Shown here: positions 52,474 through 64,000 of the stretch, piece by piece
Layout of the letters: every line of letters begins with the position of its first letter
Numbering within the stretch: position 1 is the first letter of the stretch
Assembly: GCA_964016885.1 (NCBI GenBank)
Contig: OZ024741.1
Span: forward strand, 92,318,001-92,382,000
Direction: 5' to 3'
DNA: 64,000 nt
Source: Eledone cirrhosa
Lineage: Eukaryota
Notes under the pieces: generated by a model
The model's database searches: none
Seen by the model: only the letters and a program-made list of their open reading frames with translations
Told to the model about the DNA's origin: nothing
Made by a program: the position numbers and the translations under genes

Positions 52474-53690
52474 AGTTAGTGTACTGTGTGCGTGTGCGTG
52501 TTTGGATGAGTGTGTGTGTGGTGAAGGGGTGTTAGTGGTGTTAGTATACTGGAGGTGGAGAAAGGTTGAATGTGAATGGAGGTTGAATGCGAGTGGAGGT
52601 CAGTGGTGGTAGGGTGTGTAGAGTGGGTGGTGTAAGATGGTGTGTGTGTTCATGTGCGTGGGGTTGGGGGGTATTAGTGATGTTAGTTGCGGGGTGGTGG
52701 GGTGGATGTGTGGGGTGCGGGTTAGTGGTAGTAGGGTGTGTGTTAGTGTGAGCGCGTGTATATATGTACCGGTGTGTATGCGTGTGATAAGGAGTGGGGG
52801 GAGAAGAAGGGAGAGAATGTTAGTATGTTAGTTGGGGAAGGATGGTCGGGTGTGGTGGAGGTGTTAGTATGTTGTTGTGGGGTGGCGGTGAAAAGGAGGG
52901 GTGTTAGTGGTGTTAGTGGGGGATATGTGGGGGGGAGGGGGGTGGTCGAAGGCTAAAGGAATAAGTGGGAGTTCATGCCGAAGAAGTGTGGGTCTGTAGG
53001 GTGAAGAGGTTCGTTGTTCGACTCTGAGGAGTGGTGGGTGTTCCATGGCATTGAGTAGGCCACAGACTGTGGGGTGGTGTGCGGAATGTCCAGGGCATCA
53101 AAGTGGCGGGCGATGGGGAACTACCACCGAGACGAATATCCCGGAGGCGTTCAGTAAATCTGTCCGCCAGGCGACGTCCAGTCTGTCCGACGTAAGTCGC
53201 AATACACTCAGTGCAGCGAAGTCCGTAGACTAGGTTGGAGGAGGGTGCAGCGGAAGGCATGCCGGACAGAGAGAGAGTGGCCGTTGGGACCCTGAAGTTG
53301 GTGTGTTGGTGATGTGGGGACAGGTGTTGCAGCGGAGCCTGGAGCAGGGAAAGGAACCGGGGGGGGAAGGAGAGCGTGGAATTGGGGGTAGGGAGCTGTG
53401 GACGAGGAGGGTGCGGAGATTGCGTGCGCGTTTGAAGGAGGGGAGTGGTGGGGCTGGGAAGATGTGGGAAGTGGAGGGGTCGACTGGAGGCGTCGGAAGA
53501 GGCGAGGATGGTGCGGTGGAGGGGTATGGTGGAGGGGTGGTAGGTGATGGTGGGTGTGCGGTGGCCTGGGGTAAGGGTGGTGGAGCGTTGGACAGCACAG
53601 GCGCGGGTGAGAGCGGTGTGGACGAGAGGGGGGGGGGGTAACCTCTGCGGATGAAATGGCTGACTAGGGAAAGGGCCTGGGACTCAAAGT

Positions 53691-53691
<1 letters not shown>
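52470..53691 (-). pseudogene. Degraded Neptune-type PLE (GIY-YIG region)
   Basis: [29 protein letters not shown] and [20 protein letters not shown]; frameshifted. Confidence 0.85.
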
Positions 53692-53724
<33 letters not shown>

Positions 53725-53807
53725 CAAACATAAATTATCGAGATTCGCATTTCGGCCCACGAAATAACGAAAAACAACCTCCGAGATGTGAGGCAAGTGC
53801 TCAATGG

Positions 53808-53878
<71 letters not shown>

Positions 53879-55414
53879 CATATATATATACTTTAGGTTT
53901 GTTGGTTCACCACTTGATAGATTGTATTGACTGAATTCTCTACTCTATACCACAGGACCTTTTTGTCACTCACACTGAATTCGGAGACCCGAACTTTACA
54001 CTAGGTACCACCTGTTACCATTCCATCTCTTCCATCCTCTATATCTATATGTACAACCTGTATTATCTTACTACAACTTGATCTATATTGTATTTCCCCT
54101 TTACTGGGATTCCTCCGATACGTTCTTATATACTTCCGTCTTACTACATCCCTAGTTATTTACTTTTATTAATTTATTAATGTATTTTTATCAATGTATT
54201 CTTTATCTTTGTATTTTATCTTTATCTTTGTATTTTATCTTTGTATCCTGCTTTTATTATTTTTTTTAACTTTCCTTACTCAGGTCATTATGCACATTTC
54301 ATAACCCCCTACCCACCAAAGAACCACACTACTTATAAGCCGGACTAACTGGGACTTTAAAATAATTATGGTCTATTTGCACTTTTCATTGGGTTGCTAC
54401 CTTTGACTTATGTGGTGGCTTTTCCCGGCTGCGCGCTTGTCACTCGGAAAGTTCAGCCTTCTTTGAGTGCTTGTAAAAATAAATTTCCCCTCTTTCGGTA
54501 AACGAAATTACTCGGAGCGGGTGGCTTTGACCCGGTGCCACCGCGCCGCCTGTTTTGGCCGCCATATTATTCTTATACCTATAAACTTCAGGCTTAGGCA
54601 TAACTGTTAGCTGTGTCATGCCTCTACTGGCACGTAAATAAACCCCTCATGTGTGAATTAATAATATACGTTAGGTATAGACGACGGCCTGTCGAAATTG
54701 TAGACTTCCCGCTAGCACCCCCGGGGCCTAAGGTAGCTACGTTCCTAGAGTACTCGGAAAAATTAATTTCCATTTCTTTCGCTGGACGATACCGCTCGTA
54801 ACTGGCTGACTAGTGGTTGGGGGTGCTGGCTGGGATTCACAATCGAAATCTTTACTCTATATCCCATCCTGGTATCTTAACGAGATTAACTTTTCCATAT
54901 AAGACTCTCCCTGTAAGTTCATTATATAAATCTCGCCAGCTTAACCTTTAATTTTCTAATAATTTATTTTTCAATTTATCATTTTGCAATTTAATATTTT
55001 TTAATTTAATTTCTGCCTTTAACTCGTAACATAAGTTTAACGTTCCAATTTTCGGTTCGCACATGAGATCATACAGACACACATTATATATGCCTTCGTT
55101 AAATATAGAATCTTTGGATTAGCATTTTTCGCGGCGTTTTCTAGCATGTCTGTAGTGTGACCCTAATGCTGACTTCTTTTCTTCCTCTTTCTTCATTCTT
55201 CATTTCTCTCTTTCTTCCCCTTTTTCTTTGACGGAGAGGTGGTAGTGCATTATAAGCCTTCACCCCCTCACCAGATGGTCATAAGTAGTTCGAGTTGCCA
55301 TCACTTTGAGGGCGACTGACCGAGGTGAAAGCAGCTAGTTGGTCAGTCGCCCTCTTTGTCTGACTCTGATTTTTCGGACCTAGGGTTTTTGACATATTCC
55401 TTTGCTATATTCCA

Positions 55415-55472
55415 GTACCTGATGATATCACCGAATTCATATGGAACCCGGTCATTGAAATGATCATAGTAT
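55415..55472 (+). ncRNA. Type I hammerhead ribozyme ending the non-coding island 53892-55522
   Basis: gtac-CTGATGA-tATcACCG..CGGTcATt-GAAA-TGATCA-TA-gtat, then AATAAA. Confidence 0.75.
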
Positions 55473-55546
55473 AATAAACCTTTCAAGGATTTACACCAGT
55501 CCAACCTCCTGTTATTTTATTTACATACACACACACACACACACAC

Positions 55547-55613
<67 letters not shown>

Positions 55614-55625
55614 CATATATATATG

Positions 55626-55660
<35 letters not shown>

Positions 55661-56313
55661 GGACACTCACAGTAAAGTGACCAGTGAAAACTCGGTACAT
55701 CTACATATGTACACGTGTGTGTATTCATATGCATACTAGTATTTCAGTATACATATGTGGATGTACATTTTTAACTTAATTGTTTAAGCGTCAGTCATAC
55801 AAAAGTGAGTTACAAACGAAACGAAATTTAATTTCGTTTCGTTATTTGTTTTTATCGTCTCCGTTGAACCGGTACGTACTCACGCTCTATGCAAATTGGT
55901 CTGCCCACTACTAATTTTCATAGAAAAAGCATATAACGATATGTGCTTTCACGATTCTCTAGAGAAGCCGGAAGATAGGTAAATATTGCTGATGAGATGT
56001 AACAACATCGAAACTAGTCCAATATTCCTTGTCTGGCTTTCTGGAGAATAGAGGAAAGGTGTTTCCTCAAAAACCAGTATGACTCTAAGAACCGGTTTGT
56101 CTGTGTGTCTACATACAGAATAGCTGGACACTCACAGTAAAGTGACCAGTGAAAACTCGGTACATCTACATATGTACACGTGTGTGTATTCATATGCATA
56201 CTAGTATTTCAGTATACATATGTGGATGTACATTTTTAACTTAATTGTTTAAGCGTCAGTCATACAAAAGTGAGTTACAAACGAAACGAAATTTAATTTC
56301 GTTTCGTTATTTG

Positions 56314-56318
<5 letters not shown>
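55661..56318 (+). mobile_element. 1.4 tandem units of a 465-bp HHR repeat (R2-related)
   Basis: 55661-55853 is repeated at 56126-56318. Confidence 0.85.
55982..56026 (+). ncRNA. Canonical type I hammerhead ribozyme
   Basis: aatattg-CTGATGA-GATGTaacaACATC-GAAA-CTAG-TC-caatatt; outer stem aagccgga/tctggctt. Confidence 0.93.
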
Positions 56319-56357
<39 letters not shown>

Positions 56358-56375
56358 CACACACATATATATATG

Positions 56376-56467
<92 letters not shown>

Positions 56468-56468
56468 A

Positions 56469-56499
<31 letters not shown>

Positions 56500-56619
56500 C
56501 ATATATATATATACATATATATATATACATATATATATATATACATATATATATACATATATATATATACATATACATATATATATATACATATATATAT
56601 ACATATATATATACATATT

Positions 56620-56667
<48 letters not shown>

Positions 56668-56714
56668 CATATATATATATATATGTATATATGTATATAT
56701 ATATGTATATATAG

Positions 56715-56932
<218 letters not shown>

Positions 56933-56936
56933 GTAC

Positions 56937-56975
<39 letters not shown>

Positions 56976-57059
56976 CACATATATATATTCATATATATAT
57001 ATATAGATATAGATATAAATATATATATACATACATATATCTATATATATATACATATA

Positions 57060-57106
<47 letters not shown>

Positions 57107-57159
57107 ATATACATATATATATATACATATATATATATAAACATATATATTTACATATT

Positions 57160-57223
<64 letters not shown>

Positions 57224-57259
57224 CATATATATATATACATATATATATATATGTATATA

Positions 57260-57313
<54 letters not shown>

Positions 57314-57356
57314 CATATAAATATATATATACATATATATATGTATATATAATTAT

Positions 57357-57387
<31 letters not shown>

Positions 57388-57404
57388 GATATATACATAT
57401 ATAC

Positions 57405-57441
<37 letters not shown>

Positions 57442-57456
57442 CACATATATATATTC

Positions 57457-57552
<96 letters not shown>

Positions 57553-57557
57553 ATATA

Positions 57558-57620
<63 letters not shown>

Positions 57621-57622
57621 GT

Positions 57623-57688
<66 letters not shown>

Positions 57689-57690
57689 GT

Positions 57691-57774
<84 letters not shown>

Positions 57775-58048
57775 TGTCATGATGATATTTGTTTTTGAAA
57801 TGCGCATAATAAAATACTTGGAACTCTTTTAACCATCTTTTGATCTTATATTATTTATACTCCTGTCCTACAAACTGTAGAGTGCTACTTATCCGATATT
57901 TCCATTGCTTTATTGTGCTACTATAACACTCACCTCATACATATGTATATATATATATATGTATATATATATACATATATATATATATATACATATATAT
58001 ACATATATATACATATATATACATATATATACATATATATACATATAC

Positions 58049-58169
<121 letters not shown>

Positions 58170-58183
58170 CACACATATATATG

Positions 58184-58311
<128 letters not shown>

Positions 58312-58329
58312 AATATATATATATATACT

Positions 58330-58361
<32 letters not shown>

Positions 58362-58427
58362 CATATATATATATACATATATATATATATACATATATAT
58401 ATACATATATATATATACATATACATA

Positions 58428-58459
<32 letters not shown>

Positions 58460-58562
58460 CATATATATATACATATTTCTATATATATACATATATATAT
58501 ATACATATATATATATACATATATATATATACATATATATATATACATATATATATATATAC

Positions 58563-58633
<71 letters not shown>

Positions 58634-58664
58634 CATATATATATACATATTTCTATATATATAC

Positions 58665-58695
<31 letters not shown>

Positions 58696-58767
58696 CAAAT
58701 ATATATATACATATATATATATACATATATATATATATGTATATATATATGTATATATATATGTATA

Positions 58768-58907
<140 letters not shown>

Positions 58908-58969
58908 CATATATATATATATAGTATATATATATTTATATGTATATATATATATGTATATATATATAC

Positions 58970-59040
<71 letters not shown>

Positions 59041-59100
59041 TATATATATATATACATATATATACATATATATATATATACATATAAATATATATATACA

Positions 59101-59189
<89 letters not shown>

Positions 59190-59243
59190 CGGCGATGAAT
59201 TAGTTTTGCGACGTTTTTTATATGAAATCGTGTGTCGAAACAG

Positions 59244-59619
59244 ATATTGTTATACTTGGGGAGGGTCATATTTGCCTAATATTGCCAGAATTAATAACAG
59301 AAAACACTCAAAAAAATGGCGTAGACATACAACACAACAGGAGGAACAATGAATATAACACCACTGACGATGTTGCAGATGTGCAACGAAAGATTTATGT
59401 AAATTATGTAAACTATATATATGTGTTTGTGTCTATATTGTATCTGTATTATTTTTATTTTTGACCGCCGGTCAGTCAATGGCAACATTGAGGACCGAGT
59501 AAGTTAGATCGCAGATATAAAAGACAGCGAGAAGCGAAAACCAACCAAACAGTGAGTGTGTTTTGTTATTAATTCTGGCAACATTACGCAAATATGACCC
59601 TCCCCAAGTATAACAATAT
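59244..59619. mobile_element. Module C element with about 67-bp inverted repeats (second copy 63282-63661)
   Basis: Arms 59244-59310 and 59553-59619; solo arms at 27172, 31740 and 39090. Confidence 0.7.
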
Positions 59620-59627
59620 ATATATAT

Positions 59628-59756
<129 letters not shown>

Positions 59757-59951
59757 TATATTCATATATATATATATAGATATAGATATAAATATATATA
59801 TACATACATATATCTATATATATATATATAAATATATATATAGTAATAATAATAAAATTGAAGACTAAAATCCAGAGAGGGCTCGATAAGGAAAATATAT
59901 ATCAAATATATAAGAACCGAAGAGCAAATATTTATTAAAATAACAGATTAA

Positions 59952-60002
59952 AGTTTAAGCAAAGAATCGCTGCTTTCACCCTTAACGGGATCTTCTGAAA
60001 CT
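59952..60002 (-). ncRNA. Type I hammerhead ribozyme, CAGA (U4A) variant (module B)
   Basis: Minus strand: agttt-CAGAAGA-tCCCgttaaGGGt-GAAA-GCAG..TTGC-TT-aaact. Confidence 0.65.
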
Positions 60003-60063
60003 AACAAAGTCAATCTGTAAACTTTGCTTAAACTTTAATCTGTTATTTTAATAAATATATATA

Positions 60064-60143
<80 letters not shown>

Positions 60144-60144
60144 C

Positions 60145-60189
<45 letters not shown>

Positions 60190-60234
60190 CATACATATAT
60201 ATATATATATATATACATATTTATATATATATAC

Positions 60235-60287
<53 letters not shown>

Positions 60288-60338
60288 CATATATATATAA
60301 CATATATATATATATACATATATATATATATGTATATA

Positions 60339-60386
<48 letters not shown>

Positions 60387-60479
60387 CATATAAATATATA
60401 TATACATATATATATGTATATATAATTATATATATATATATATATAGATATATAGACATATATATATATACATATATAC

Positions 60480-60521
<42 letters not shown>

Positions 60522-60530
60522 ATATATTCA

Positions 60531-60562
<32 letters not shown>

Positions 60563-60616
60563 CATATATATATATATGTATATATATATGTATATATATA
60601 TGTATATATGTATATA

Positions 60617-60676
<60 letters not shown>

Positions 60677-60689
60677 CATATATATATAC

Positions 60690-60998
<309 letters not shown>

Positions 60999-61031
60999 CA
61001 TATATATACATATATATATATATACATATAA

Positions 61032-61089
<58 letters not shown>

Positions 61090-61174
61090 ATATATTCATA
61101 TATATATATATAGATATAGATATAAATATATATATACATACATATATCTATATATATATATATATACATATATC

Positions 61175-61227
<53 letters not shown>

Positions 61228-61307
61228 ATATACATATATATATATACATATATATATATATACATATATATATACATATTTATATATATATACATATATA
61301 TATATAC

Positions 61308-61354
<47 letters not shown>

Positions 61355-61384
61355 CATATATATATATATACATATATATATATG

Positions 61385-61444
<60 letters not shown>

Positions 61445-61489
61445 CATATAAATATATATATACATATATATATGTATATATAATTATAT

Positions 61490-61576
<87 letters not shown>

Positions 61577-61583
61577 TATATTC

Positions 61584-61616
<33 letters not shown>

Positions 61617-61619
61617 TAT

Positions 61620-61686
<67 letters not shown>

Positions 61687-61694
61687 TATATTCA

Positions 61695-61758
<64 letters not shown>

Positions 61759-61774
61759 CACATATATATATTCA

Positions 61775-61919
<145 letters not shown>

Positions 61920-62108
61920 CATGTCATGATGATATTTGTTTTTGAAATGCGCATAATAAAATACTTGGAACTCTTTTAACCATCTTTTGATCTTATATTA
62001 TTTATACTCCTGTCCTACAAACTGTAGAGTGCTACTTATCCGATATTTGCATTGCTTTATTGTGCTATTATAACACTCACCTCATACATATGTATATATA
62101 TATATATG

Positions 62109-62192
<84 letters not shown>

Positions 62193-62239
62193 CATATATA
62201 TACATATATATACATATATATACATATATATACATATAC

Positions 62240-62358
<119 letters not shown>

Positions 62359-62413
62359 CACACATATATATATGTATATATACATATACATATATATATA
62401 TATATATACATAC

Positions 62414-62448
<35 letters not shown>

Positions 62449-62449
62449 A

Positions 62450-62564
<115 letters not shown>

Positions 62565-62565
62565 A

Positions 62566-62618
<53 letters not shown>

Positions 62619-62659
62619 CATATATATATATACATATATATATATACATATATATATAC

Positions 62660-62714
<55 letters not shown>

Positions 62715-62732
62715 CATATATATATACATATT

Positions 62733-62778
<46 letters not shown>

Positions 62779-62848
62779 CATATATATATATACATATATA
62801 TATATACATATATATATATATGTATATATATATTTATATATATATGTA

Positions 62849-62999
<151 letters not shown>

Positions 63000-63047
63000 G
63001 TATATATATATTTATATGTATATATATCTATATGTATATATATATAC

Positions 63048-63128
<81 letters not shown>

Positions 63129-63186
63129 TATATATATATACATATATATACATATATATATGTATACATATAAATATATATATACA

Positions 63187-63227
<41 letters not shown>

Positions 63228-63653
63228 CGGCGATGAATTAGTTTTGCGAGGTTTTTTATATGAAATCGTGTGTCGAAACAGATATTGTTATACTTGGGGA
63301 GGGTCATATTTGCCTAATATTGCCAGAATTAATAACAGAACACACTCAAAAAAATGGCGTAGACATACAACACAACAGGAGCAACAATGAATATAACACC
63401 ACTGACGATGTTGCAGATGTGCAACGAAAGATTTATGTAAATTATGTAAACTATATATATGTGTTTGTGTCTATATTGTATCTGTATTATTTTTATTTTT
63501 GACCGCCGGTCAGTCAATGGATGGCAACATTGAGGACCGAGTAAGTTAGATCGCAGATATAAAAGACAGCGAGAAGCGAAAACCAACCAAACAGTGAGTG
63601 TGTTCTGTTATTAATTCTGGCAATATTACGCAAATATGACCCTCCCCAAGTAT

Positions 63654-63792
<139 letters not shown>

Positions 63793-64000
63793 TATATTCA
63801 TATATATATATATATAGATATAGATATAATTATATATATACATACATATATCTATATATATATATATATATAAATATATCTTGTACGTTATTCCGGGTTG
63901 AATCGGAGGTAACCACAGTAAGTAAGGTACTCAATACATAGCAGAGTATAACAGTTTTAATATAGATGAGATTCTACAGGACTAGAACTGTTTCATTCAT

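Noticed and set aside
63878-64000. Possible HHR 3' half on the minus strand (GAAA-CAG..CTG-TA)
   Set aside because: It runs off the window end, so the core cannot be seen.

Overview
Eukaryotic, gene-free, repeat-saturated window. The SINE types and huge (TA)n load suggest a cephalopod (octopus-like) genome, which is an inference. More than half of the window is imperfect (TA)n microsatellite, and there is a 200-N gap at 25950-26149. Embedded retroelements: four Penelope-like elements (PLEs; one Naiad-type, two Neptune-type, one unassigned), RTE, L1/Tx1 and CR1-like LINEs, tRNA-derived SINEs and small DNA-transposon relics. Most (IY)n ORFs in the track are microsatellite artefacts. Main finding: many of the short 'unique' islands between (TA)n tracts carry type I hammerhead ribozyme (HHR) motifs. 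I counted about 30 by eye, from roughly a dozen sequence families, many with palindromic stem III and variant cores (U3-A8, U4C, U4A). They include a 7 x 310-bp head-to-tail HHR array and circularly permuted HHR monomers. This looks like a system of non-autonomous retrozyme/circular-RNA elements and PLE pLTRs colonising (TA)n. All structures were paired by hand; none is verified computationally or experimentally.
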